Below, piece by piece: positions 33,801 to 34,543 of a stretch of DNA of 34,543 nucleotides; position 1 is the stretch's first letter; the number at the start of each line of letters is the position of its first letter. The stretch is from positions 1 to 34,543 of the forward strand of contig CAYVCF010000002.1 in assembly GCA_964450135.1 (NCBI GenBank), given 5' to 3'. The position numbers and the translations under genes are program-made. This DNA is from Candidatus Woesearchaeota archaeon. Its GTDB lineage: Archaea; Nanobdellota; Nanobdellia; Pacearchaeales; GW2011-AR1. Below the pieces are notes generated by a model that saw only the letters and a program-made list of their open reading frames with translations, was not told where the DNA came from and did no database searches.

Positions 33801-34181
33801 TAATGTCGCGACTTCTTCTTTCCCATTTAAGTCAGCAAAATATTTCCAACCATTTTCAGTTAAAATTTTTGTTTCATTATCATAACACTCGCTTAAATTA
33901 TTCAAAAATATTTTATACATTTTATTTTCAGAAATATTTTCAAACTCTGCAATTTTTACCTCGGAGTCCTTTTCATAAACTTCAACCCGAGAAAAATTTT
34001 CAACAACACTCGCGTTTTCTAAATCCAAATCTAAAAGCCAATCATACCCAGAAATATTTAATTCATTTTCTAATTGATTTAATTCTTCTTCAAGTGTCTG
34101 CGACTGCACAAATACAAATCCAGCAATTGCTAAAACAATTGCAATTATTAAAAATAGATTGATGAAATTTTTAGTTTTCAT
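12843..34181 (-). CDS. Giant (7112 codon) surface protein. It has a signal anchor, LamG/beta-helix/Ig-like repeats interrupted by 4 inteins, a TM helix, a cytoplasmic HerA/DUF87-like ATPase and a coiled coil.
   Basis: The 21.3-kb frame is uninterrupted in about 30% GC DNA. GAGGT lies 8 nt upstream of the ATG. N-terminal helix is FINLFLIIAIVLAIAGFVF. There are hundreds of N-x-S/T sequons. LamG signatures (WxFDE...FDGDGDYV...NGSxDEVMIFN) are repeated. A CARDB-like segment is present (NISNEGP...VDPSNSILEKNETNN). C-terminal TM, Walker A and Walker B are listed separately below. Confidence 0.85.
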   Translation of the reverse strand: MKTKNFINLFLIIAIVLAIAGFVFVQSQTLEEELNQLENELNISGYDWLLDLDLENASVVENFSRVEVYEKDSEVKIAEFENISENKMYKIFLNNLSECYDNETKILTENGWKYFADLNGKEEVATLNQKTGEIEFQIPTEKQIFDYDGEMFVIETEEGNLVVSEKHKVYSAEKNKWTSDKLALMVRLQSDEHSFTGYNYLNDNNYINFSTNNDFVVDAVVDLMVRHLSDKQGSFTGIPSSILGYGATTFNFSLQPIAEVYSDFENGKEIYFLNSENKPVKVISISKENYSGKIYDVDVENDIILVRREKNNLEENFGDENLENELKENNLEKQKNKVGSNRIARNKLIPDCNISNNTKYLNVSCPIPNSSLDLQNNNQDSEVKTFTSSVTDSKNNFCSLNISGEIFEYESDDGNCGVWSGNSNNYSQSTFDLRSFGNVEYDYVVDPLSITTSISSIFDDGESQKTSSCSANTTSKTGSTAMTGRLGGSPGTPKSAYYYFNISSIPAGVTITNVTLNISVDSVSSATSCDIWSLEISNSSTDADDLWTDIGNGTNFVSNSDFCQTAGFKLINLGTNATQTSIFNSSSGWAGIGIPTNMSCGLGTPPNMYFDTSENLSYSPTLIVTYTLNSAIATYYWVGLNNGNWTDASSWSATSGGAGGIGIPNETTAVVFDEGNLNNSIINSTFAGAIYSLNVSIGYSGTIESRLAWNNSLNVTENVIVSNGTLTHGDNSNAETYRLNMIVGGNFTLESGGMINVTGLGYDGGYGPGKAGLIGGAAGWGSGSGYGGMGGQGNGGTAGTTYGSVKSPTNLGSGSPASYPLYGGGAVWLNVTGNVTLDGIIETNGNLGGSNGYGAGSGGSVFILANVINGNGKIESTGGRALDYPSGSGGGGGGRIAIVLANGVSFGSLNITAYGGTATDEGAAGTIYLKKSTDTYGKLIIDNQLTSTTATTLISENVTDTLVGDVIIRNSGILNVSAFNSSLGIFPTLTIYGDLNISNGTFTAGVNSTIIFAGTSNATIYGNSSFYNLNITKPGATLFFEKGGNKTKVNFNITGGLAVKGNSTHPTYLRSQVDATQWFINFSGSWMDIDRADIMDSNNSAGVSNLIAYQSVNSGNNQNWTFSSTIWCDEGDRSTDCLLNHTYYFTDNETLPSFNNLILGTNGSIVNYSTNVNNHGAGFVMSVLGNFTMLTNSNITGGNISISVGKNFTMYSNATINASGLGYGSGSGPGKPSGAAACSGGFYGGMGGSGDWPSTGVSGITYGSIINPKDFGSGGSSSSGGGAIFLNITGITNLSGIITSMGTNYGGSGSGGSIYLISNSIVGIGSINVSGGTNSGAIGCGGMGGGGGGRIAVILTNGTDFNNINFYTFGGKGANAGGAGTIYLKTANQTYGQLIIDNNNATSATATTLISENVTDTIVGDVIIRNAGKLNISAFNSSLGIFPSLTIYGNLNKTSSGNFSAGVNSTIIFAGTSNATIYGNSSFYNLNITKQGSYVFFEAGGNLTKPNFNVTGALNIQGSASAPVYLRSQVDATQWFINFSGSSQDIDYVDVKDSNNIGTILNANLSFDVSNNDGWLFVQDEDRQLTNTSHYLMNVTEEMFNKTENNTHLTISTRGRPYNYLVGYWSFDGDKENTQGFNASDLAVNNEGTAYGNAVVNETNAIFGDALQLDGDGDYVSATTTQNNNSVSLWYKTNVSNWIHVVYNSTYNYNGGTGIEFPFNRTDNTILIGVNGTQFFNGSLDEVMIFNTSLTASEILDIYNNQSARFKSTGNQIVKQFNISSGFDNLNLTADIEKNKATNVSTRIGTWDISKDYRNYDLGEHWGEFDGDGDYVSATTTQNNNSVSLWYKTNVSNWIHVVYNSTYNYNGGTGIEFPFNRTDNTILIGVNGTQFFNGSLDEVMVFNSSLNSSEIKRLYEMGRDIVGYEHANLVSWWGFNTNSTIGIDNKGLNNGTANGNAKVNSTFNGLVGYWHFDDLVANNFSDSSGYCYDNETKILTENGWKYFSDLNGKEEVATLNQKTGEIEFQIPKERQEFNYNKEMYKIILEDGSDLVVSDKHKVYYAEKNKNNFQEKNSLEFSTSQEKINSVENKKGSNRMVEPNLLIPSYENCKEEKYLNISANSNDCVGVAEWLLQLVDTKCPSGFVGSIPTPGVINFSLQPITEVYENYLDGEEIYFMDSENKLVKVKSISKENYSGKIYDVDVENDIILVRREKNNLEENFGDENLENEKDKDAIDNVASMVRHFVYPDFNNLNDNSYINFSENNNFVVDAVVASMVMHSPDERGLSRHPSSILGYGATTILNSQNTDDKNNFCSLNVSGEIFEYESENGNCGVWSGNSNNGTLTMTGAGPNLTSGVFDDAVSFDGNGDYVQLNNVLSDTRNNNTISVWFNANKNNTLMTLVDADSWQGNTIDIDANGKLVYTRHTGTIANEATCSRSITTGEYHLVTATMNGSEGMKIYLNSVLCGNNSYNVSIPYSFQFFGKRQNNINFFNGSIDEVMIFNRSLSEAEIKELYVKGRAKFTIPEFRNYTIGMQVAIPTATTNVLPEFKFLSDANNFYTPYIIGGISSSSATTTDTIFPTISYAPPTLENNTGLNSNSVFVNVSVTELNPANISFNLYNTTNTFTLVNSTTYTLSDTISNLSINFTALSDTTYHYNVTITDVANNKNTTPLRTQIVDTIFSNISLVSPTFENGSYLNSNSIYVNVSTTDTNEHSAFIDFNGSLVGWWKFDEMNSSGDVYDNSSYCYDNETKILVREEINCWENFNEENLEKEFDDDEFENNLGNKFGAFGAYKSALARELANFSENTDENLENSLNEKNKKGSNRMVEPNLLIQSYDNRKEEKYLNISVNSNDCVGVAEWLLQLSDTKCPSGFVGSIPTPGVINFSDDKIKNSKTCYNYSWKYFSDLNGKEEVATLNQKTGEIEFQIPKEKQEFDYNKEMYKIILEDGSDLLVSEKHKVYSLGLNKFSGYEINLNKDITNNLPLNSDEFTFSSSLDNNENVVSINGGEILNTTIPKCSSGGNNLLLRKCLSNVNKTLDSDLAILDTCLSVEFDGTSFTSCPSCISKSLTAFGKFSSERNFSLFLEKSMLFFSDEFRSICQNRENSIFCERWKIILENFINSNSCSEQLHNLPDHNSCVIENWDASANFTICNNEIINSNSHNKISNQELYKSFSLQPITEVYENYLDGKEIYFLNSENKPVKVKSISKENYSGKIYDVDVENDIVLIKRDAKNYEEENFGDDENKNKEGSNRMVEPNSLILSNNNCREEKYLNISVDSDNLDAGMVEWLLQLTDPECPSGFGGSIPSARVLGFSDDKNKFCSLNISGEIFEFESDDGNCGVWSGNSNNGISYGNANQTASGKRGKAFAFDGDGDYVDVGTGNSLNISNEISLGIWIKPAVIINNTNSNIRLINKNVAYYLAFDYPSQNGKLKLIIYNGSYIDLSSATSNWNADSWYNIFSTRNSSGYSAIYINGVLENNSIISGAIVTSTSSIEIGRSNSATSYFNGSIDDVMIFNRALSASEIKSLYNASAPNYGVENNFTNLPDGTYNYTAYVQDVAGNVNKTTIRHIFVDTSQPFTQFETPTPANGSQQGGNQNSIFINATSNDTQANISTFVDWDNSLVAWWRMDDVNSSGDVVDYMGRCYDNKTKILVREEISCGENNFVGVNNLENIEDKNNENKNYKEENLKKEFVAFGADESVLARERTNFSEVSDDKNKKCYNYSWKYFADLNGKEEVATLNQKTGEIEFDKPIEYQTFDYDDEMFAIETEKGDLVVSPKHKVYSNLNNFNKSFVDKILILSCLRNAFSSDQIGQFEKSASAKYGESFLELCGEILSASDKNEKYSELLTEIISDDNSEYRKSNSDLSIPENFNILDFEFINSSKTNLGEINSQSEFSNSSIKYLLNDLCWKNENKIFASMTNFFGIDSIFQSPCFSATCSFSSDASSDICSSVNLLLDNKLSAKENCILLVNCLTTLVNADLNSSLSSEGTSILTTISSMIENNYKEYLNFSVNDFGLQPITEVYSDFLNGKQVYFLDENKNLIKVKNIRKENYSGKIYDVDVENDILLVKRNNLIVWSGNSNGTKFGNAQQNASGRLGKSFSFDGAGDYVSATTTQNNNSVSLWYKTNVSNWIHVVYNSTYNYNGGTGIEFPFNRTDNTILIGVNGTQFFNGSIDDVMIFNRSLSAEEIAMLYANTSSRYFNKNFTELSDATHTFRVYTQDIFGNVNYTDKRYVSVDVTPPVVTAIQPVSSGNYYAPAMDFNVSASDSLGIDTCLYSLDNTTNVTMTAFNSTWFNYSYTGLLHGFHNLTFACNDTMGNIGTATALNFNVVFTDLRIESVVFPLTTYSNSTIIYVNISNEGPPPAYLINVTCSLAGAIFDSHEIPSIGVNESYLTNCTKIFTSGLNQVVNVTVDPSNSILEKNETNNENLTYVNVSELTTMDAYDLEDDDENKFFWFDAEDEPLPDETNTYFFANFTQDNSSASVLNANCNITLSGGNETGTASVNLSYNSTAKFYYYNKTFNYAGNYSWETKCSKDFYEMLNYSGIARIRIPLYNQTSWGNTTSKTFVNYNELANLTLNVSEMGIDTAKIGYNVSLVWVQISIPNSTKINKSLSGSPTGGIWNLTYNPNGVLGEHWLIYFANLTNGHNVVKTITGNFSVQNTSISIATLSVANTTNEINMNGIINRFNGSNYYPIENNLFNIKLNNVLVSSDTYNYSANNLTLGYGDGNANISSSIKLNLTSQGVAHSYIDSFSGSTYATDSEEYNNLGKVDGTSGRIFEGDQMNLTTGNITYRFDSMTAFYNATIYATTQASQDEPGANTSVWYSLNNSTWIILGSSISQGAYVGGVLPVDRYSVFYVRLQSDHTAGLENPIDNFEVNYTHYNYSNLGIYYSQNITLPNVSYTVLKWSRNLNEGTIKIQLRESDDGIAWGSWSANYTNYLDNDISSFTNDYLQFRAILETTNLSKSPELLEVDLRFFNASTNSTGGYNYTITIPTDNLGSLPLEVSVVENSVTGIVGLNTTYITIWTLTSLPYVSSSIYSGSATNHSVVANFTRSDTGGLINGSINISIWNGTGVNFSVQKSKVCNTTDNCLASWIVPADLSYGNYTIYINGSNETGYYRNGSATILEYLEEKNTSGTLNVLNKSIADLVAGTNYEFSWNATLTNTGHSSMLSPHVYAHMAATHTDIQSVTEVTPCSRIYPGLSCNVSMLIVVKGTASDGQKYVAWRANWTDNDGSVTGGNEYITDTDMFVNIALNATLSINSTNVTKTIHHNKNDSFMFQVQSIGTDSITGIVSSFIQGNLTTETYNISSTWVNISPTSIVGLASGQNQDINVNLSVPAQTLPGNYSGFINVTSENDGYKQFNITIEVPYNYSWYFTTATNYTFNKSFSLNTAGEFANYTIYNIGNTNLTINISYIDRIAGSETNYSDYGTQLFENNYVVNTMTMNPTLVNVTLGNTTNVTLYQKGYSLSLDNAIVKTTFYNSTTSPTTRSILEKFWIYEQGPNVTDVYFLLDNIYGTIAEVNKNVTIKVRTTDDISINLTTTIINITNSSKAVVESINATSLCGQFGQCIGGTDKTVANFTGNYSSTSAGMYNASVLIYDKYGNTFTSQNYSFTAYGTATLNFSQNRTSFSTAKINLDNQDMFYVNYSLSNIGNVTAYSPNITFSSNGSIVVVPTNNLFSDILAGTNTSKVFQVNVSKMTHSGDYNLTATLTWREPDNTISRLRLNITIAVGSNKSFVHIPGIVNLSVDSGSVDSTVVEINNTGNDELSNMSISCLSGEVCDSMTFSANDSAFSIDANSSRRVNVSVTTSTGFFSGNYQGVLNISDQNKSNLTTVYVQVPETLTWTASTTSISYTKATSQTGNLEAVTINNSGNTNITFVFSSTNASIIGTNVSTLLVKKGFNTSFMINYTSPSVEGTYNVTISITNSSANPTQRNVSVSLTTTAFNLSIVWPTSSSKLTNVTAGGLINFTANLTYGGSAVTSGATWSVTTNGSSCSNVNSSYSSSTLLWNINCTAPTIYGGMDHNLSVSATHSTYGEITSVSENSISSRDVSSPSFSITRNSVNLNDNINLQFNVTDNVAVGSVSGVLTYPNTSQLNLTFTYSAGYYINNSFALTNAGEYLVNYSANDTIGNLNSSVDWFEVYDNYNWIFKIVDYVSSAVTNMNVSLFRPNTTTILMSNYTNATGGIRLNVNKRAYDIIVKASYDEIRMFNVNFTNLSQNNISLNLYRISGGDVAETIVAYNPFIGFASNSTGFSSRGMNITFNYTGYDYDSASRLAIIKCSDWIYANRSCNGSWSELSYTTRDINNLTLTGNATGFSSYFLAENKCGNGLCETAYGETTSSCSTDCSTGSTTTTTSGGGGGGGGISSKTLKKIEELLKGSINIGGVKLETTSIYKELFAGETTSVRIRLANTLNQKNSITLSAEGDIVEFIFFENSLVELEPNEIRDVLIKIVAPKFVDAGNYDGDLIISSGENSGKIPTTIRILSPEGKLLDVKIQPLTTRVSPGGTLRLQTDLLNLGKTKKVDVQFDLQLLDVNTGEIFARNEEAFAVETTISTVKELKIPAETPTGKYMVKATAYYSNVEQSMQASSIAYVSVNWPFFKRTLFGIPMWVYLSIILFAGLLFAGYLYIRYLQFKGKRFKTAVDLGKLPQVTPHSAFVGKVAETGIRTFVDLNKLQMHTLIAGSTGSGKTISAQDIIEGALLHNKSVIIFDPTAQWTGFLRKAEDKEMIKRYKYFDMKPTDARAFNGSIKTIRDPFELINLREYMNRPGEITIFNISHLTPQQIDVVVASTIEQVFKSEPEESQELKTLIVYDEVHRLLPKFGGSGQGFIQLERGAREFRKWGIGLVLISQVLSDFIGEIKANIGTEIQMGTRYEGDLERVSMKFGEDVLKSVVKEPVGTGMAVNAEYNNGRPYFVSFRPVLHNTRRLTNVELDKYEKYFEQIEDLEFQIVQLSSLKIDVLDLQLELKLTKSKVKEGQFQMADMYLESLVPRVAEQWKRLGKAPMHRVVEKIQRAEVIEGIKKAKIEREKYVLKNPEKSLSLNEELSGLKKALEEKKKLGKKTSNVELKIKSLEDRLRPFKGKIPEKDSAGIKREIDSIKKEIEGI
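13400..14150 (-). other. HerA/DUF87-type P-loop ATPase domain of the giant ORF (cytoplasmic side)
   Basis: Walker A is LIAGSTGSGKT (about 14094-14120). Walker B is LIVYDEVHRL (about 13712-13741). GIGLVLISQVLSDF sits at the HerA QRPS-like position. Confidence 0.7.
14280..14355 (-). other. Single C-terminal transmembrane helix of the giant ORF
   Basis: FGIPMWVYLSIILFAGLLFAGYLYI is followed by RYLQFKGKRFK, which fits positive-inside topology. Confidence 0.7.
21664..21863 (-). repeat. LamG core repeat, copy a (about 200 bp, 1 mismatch versus copies b and c)
   Basis: ggagccgttgaaaaattgcgttccattaactcc...gttgctgaaacataatcccc encodes GDYVSATTTQNNNSVSLWYKTNVSNWIHVVYNSTYNYNGGTGIEFPFNRTDNTILIGVNGTQFFNGS. 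Confidence 0.85.
22156..22163 (+). promoter_or_regulatory. TATA box for the antisense PIN operon
   Basis: TTTAAATA ends 22 nt before the ATG at 22186, a leaderless-type spacing. Confidence 0.5.
22186..22395 (+). CDS. Putative antitoxin (69 aa) of the PIN module, antisense inside intein 4
   Basis: MEEIVVKIDVPSELNEEF...LLSKSKLTDEQISELASELK. It ends 3 nt before the PIN gene. The track ORF begins at an upstream TTG (22174). Confidence 0.6.
   Translation: MEEIVVKIDVPSELNEEFKSALTKVVKQFTRRMQFSLADNLLSKSKLTDEQISELASELKEQVAEKHGL
22399..22839 (+). CDS. PIN-domain (VapC-like) ribonuclease toxin, antisense inside intein 4
   Basis: KLVIDANILFSFF (first acidic residue), FVFEEL, and SPYFALALFSNCPIWSDEKAF, with PIN-like spacing of D/E residues over 146 aa. 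Confidence 0.7.
   Translation: MESIPKKLVIDANILFSFFQHKSFRRYLIEELLNSDCELISPKFVFEELMNSKSKILKFSGIDKSEFDFLYSLLSSEIISVKSSEYFSFLSEADKISPHSSKKDSPYFALALFSNCPIWSDEKAFLKQDKIRILSTKDLLKLLRLE
23052..23113 (-). repeat. GC-rich double-hairpin module in the block A loop of intein 4
   Basis: The minus strand reads GTCGCCTTCGGCGCTGATGAAAGCGTGCTTGCACGCGAGCGC. It is homologous to 25771-25832 and related to intergenic module X (aaatttggcttcgcc...ttgcacgcaactt). Confidence 0.55.
24257..24338 (-). tRNA. tRNA-like gene B (family 2), type II body with GAU at the anticodon position
   Basis: Hand fold gives GCGGGCA TG GTAG-AATGGTTA-TTAC A ACTCA-CTGATCC-TGAGT GCCCTTCGGGGTTT GGGGG-TTCGATT-CCCTC TGCTCGC G. TATTTAAATA lies at 24365-24374, 27 nt upstream. 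An oligo-T run follows. The sequence is in frame within the giant ORF. Confidence 0.65.
24365..24374 (-). promoter_or_regulatory. TATA box of tRNA-like B
   Basis: The minus strand reads AAGTATTTAAATATTTCG, translated as KYLNIS in the intein frame. This string is conserved in cassettes B, C and D. Confidence 0.5.
24672..24679 (+). promoter_or_regulatory. TATA box for the antisense DUF433/DUF5615 operon
   Basis: TTTATATA ends 22 nt before the ATG at 24702, the same spacing as at the PIN operon. Confidence 0.5.
24702..24941 (+). CDS. DUF433-family antitoxin-like protein, antisense inside intein 3
   Basis: CGGVPVFNNTRIMVWQVMELLGAGITIDEVLQNYFPSLTKNAILSVLTYA matches the DUF433 consensus (CGG.P...GTRI.V..I......G.S.eEI...YP.Lt...I.aAL.YA). 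Confidence 0.8.
   Translation: MRIAINDFIVTDSEICGGVPVFNNTRIMVWQVMELLGAGITIDEVLQNYFPSLTKNAILSVLTYASKLVGEEKHALLQE
24922..25308 (+). CDS. DUF5615 / Mut7-C-like PIN-fold toxin-like protein, antisense inside intein 3
   Basis: KFLSDENFPKAVRDLLMQEGHDVKEV...DKQVSKIAKSESRVLLTFDKHF...GIVVFKI. It overlaps the DUF433 gene by 20 nt. The track ORF begins at 24892. Confidence 0.75.
   Translation: MLFSKNKLKFLSDENFPKAVRDLLMQEGHDVKEVPSNSTDKQVSKIAKSESRVLLTFDKHFLNKRLFPPEEHFGIVVFKISPPLIETTFSLLSKLLEKVNSSEFKGRLFVISLFRFISYPENLFKPKE
25541..25622 (-). tRNA. tRNA-like gene C (family 2), type II body with GAU
   Basis: GTCGGGG TG GCAG-AATGGTTA-TTGC A ACTTT-CTGATAC-AAAGT GCCCTTCGGGGTTT GTGGG-TTCGATT-CCCAC TCCCGGC G. TATA lies at 25646-25655. 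Confidence 0.65.
25646..25655 (-). promoter_or_regulatory. TATA box of tRNA-like C
   Basis: TATTTAAATA lies 24 nt upstream of the tRNA-like 5' end. Confidence 0.5.
25771..25832 (-). repeat. GC-rich double-hairpin module in the block A loop of intein 3
   Basis: The minus strand reads GGCGCCTTCGGCGCTTATAAAAGCGCGCTTGCACGCGAACTCGC. The GCGCC/GGCGC and GCGYGC/GCACGC stems are conserved with 23052-23113. Confidence 0.55.
27293..27377 (-). tRNA. tRNA-like gene F (family 1), type II body with GAU and encoded CCA
   Basis: GCCGTAG TA GCAT-CAATGGTA-ATGC A CTCGC-CTGATGA-GCGGG GTCTATCCAGACAT CCGAG-TTCGATT-CTCGG CTACGGC G CCA. TATATAAA lies at 27409-27416, 32 nt upstream. Confidence 0.7.
27409..27416 (-). 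promoter_or_regulatory. TATA box of tRNA-like F
   Basis: The minus strand reads AGCTATATAAACTTTTC, translated as SYINFS. The same string precedes tRNA-like A. Confidence 0.5.
27731..27812 (-). tRNA. tRNA-like gene D (family 2), type II body with GAU
   Basis: GTCGGGG TG GCAG-AATGGTTA-TTGC A ACTTG-TTGATAC-CAAGT GCCCTTCGGGGTTT GTGGG-TTCGATT-CCCAC TCCCGGC G. TATA lies at 27836-27845. Confidence 0.65.
27836..27845 (-). promoter_or_regulatory. TATA box of tRNA-like D
   Basis: TATTTAAATA lies 24 nt upstream of the tRNA-like 5' end. Confidence 0.5.
28497..28706 (-). repeat. LamG core repeat, copy b
   Basis: Identical by eye to copy c. The two are tandem with a 468-nt period. Confidence 0.85.
28965..29174 (-). 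repeat. LamG core repeat, copy c
   Basis: See copies a and b. Confidence 0.85.
29500..32110 (-). repeat. Tandem duplication (period about 1371 nt, 457 aa) of a Gly-rich beta-helix-like module
   Basis: Both units contain GLGY..G.GPGK, GGGGGGRIA(I/V), TIYLK...YG(K/Q)LIIDN...ATTLISENVTDT(L/I)VGDVIIRN...SAFNSSLGIFP(T/S)LTIYG...STIIFAGTSNATIYGNSSFYNLNITK...YLRSQVDATQWFINFSGS. Long identical DNA strings occur, for example at 29571 and 30942. Confidence 0.8.
32990..33170 (-). other. Degenerate family-2 cassette E (upstream hairpin and TATA retained, cloverleaf lost)
   Basis: The GGGCT-CAAACAGAAT-AGCCC hairpin and AAATATTTAAATG are retained. The downstream part folds only into two simple hairpins. 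Confidence 0.4.
33440..33527 (-). tRNA. tRNA-like gene A (family 1), GAU, encoded CCA, weakened D arm (possibly decaying)
   Basis: GCCGTAG TA GACC-TAATGGTA-AGGC A CTTGT-CTGATAA-ACAAG GTTCCTTCACCGGAATT CCGAG-TTCGATT-CTCGG CTACGGC G CCA. Only 2 of 4 D-stem pairs form. TATATAAA lies at 33559-33566. Confidence 0.5.
33559..33566 (-). promoter_or_regulatory. TATA box of tRNA-like A
   Basis: The minus strand reads AACTATATAAACTTTTC, 32 nt upstream of the tRNA-like 5' end. Confidence 0.45.
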
Positions 34182-34543
34182 TCTTCAACCTCTTTTTTTA
34201 ATGGGGCGTTATCAAAATCTTCTTTTATCAGTTGAACATATCTAGAAACGCTTTTCAACAAATCATTGCTTCTCGAAAAAGAGCTTTGTCTTTTTTTAGA
34301 ATAATAAGTGTAAAGAATAGATTCTATTCCTAAATCATTTAACTTCAAAACTACCGGAACAAAATCACTATCATTTGCAATTAAAATTATTTTTTTTACT
34401 TCCTTATAATATAGAGGAACTATCATTAAATCAATTATAATTAATGAATCAACGCCTTTTTGCCCAAATACAAATTTTCCATCAACTTTTAATCTTTGAC
34501 ATCTTCCTTCTCTTACAATAACCCCCTTATCTCTCAATTTTAT
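34178..34543 (-). CDS. NYN/LabA-like (PIN-fold) domain protein, 5'-truncated by the window edge
   Basis: FGQKGVDSLIIIDLM...IILIANDSDFVPVVLKLNDLGIE matches the NYN consensus (QKGVD...D.....lvSgDsDF.P.v..l...G..V). The track start at 34537 is a TTG and the frame is open to the window end. The TGA stop overlaps the giant ORF ATG. Confidence 0.7.
   Translation of the reverse strand: MKLRDKGVIVREGRCQRLKVDGKFVFGQKGVDSLIIIDLMIVPLYYKEVKKIILIANDSDFVPVVLKLNDLGIESILYTYYSKKRQSSFSRSNDLLKSVSRYVQLIKEDFDNAPLKKEVEE

Larger units (their letters stand above)
32916..33887 (-). mobile_element. Mini-intein 1 (aa 99-422) near the N-terminus of the giant ORF
   Basis: NNLSE|CYDNETKILTENGWKYF ... VSEKHKVYS ... KIYDVDVENDIILV ... 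GNCGVWSGN|SNNYSQS. tRNA-like A sits in the endonuclease slot and a degenerate family-2 cassette in the F-G loop. Confidence 0.7.

Noticed and set aside
21942-33887. Repeated ~1-kb units as a CRISPR array or simple tandem repeat
   Set aside because: The units are 1-1.8 kb, irregularly spaced, lie in frame within an ORF and carry intein splicing blocks. There is no short repeat-spacer periodicity.
12865-34162. About 20 plus-strand ORFs of 60-172 aa inside the giant gene (for example 15113, 16750, 19565, 23928-region, 25247, 28100, 32141, 33764)
   Set aside because: These are antisense shadows of a long biased-composition ORF. They are low complexity and have no motifs or promoters. Only the two TA operons (22186-22839, 24702-25308) have recognisable families, TATA boxes and operon structure.

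Overview
This is an AT-rich (roughly 30% GC) window that looks archaeal and DPANN-like. Supporting signs are a TFS/RpoM zinc-ribbon gene, a Sec11-type signal peptidase, a tRNA with a canonical 37/38 intron, and TATA boxes about 22-32 nt upstream of gene starts. Positions 1-12.8 kb hold ordinary small genes: a DsbA-like protein, a metallophosphoesterase, type IA topoisomerase, tRNA-Lys, TFS, an MNT-HEPN pair and signal peptidase. These are separated by spacers carrying modular GC-rich repeats. Positions 12.8-34.2 kb are a single 7112-codon minus-strand ORF. It has an N-terminal signal anchor, then about 6500 aa of sequon-rich extracellular LamG, beta-helix and Ig/CARDB-like repeats, one TM helix and a cytoplasmic HerA/DUF87-type P-loop ATPase. 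It is translationally coupled (ATGA overlap) to an upstream NYN-domain gene. The main observation is that the giant ORF is interrupted in frame by four paralogous endonuclease-less mini-inteins, three of them at the same position of LamG repeats. Their loops carry cargo I have not seen described. The first cargo type is five GC-rich cloverleaf tRNA-like genes on the sense strand, plus one degenerate cassette. Each intact gene has its own TATA box, a long variable arm and GAU at the anticodon position. The second cargo type is two complete toxin-antitoxin operons on the antisense strand, one PIN/VapC-like and one DUF433-DUF5615. The intein reading frame stays open across all of this cargo, and the codon usage points to selection for dual coding. 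All function calls rest on motif recognition by eye. No searches or folding programs were run.
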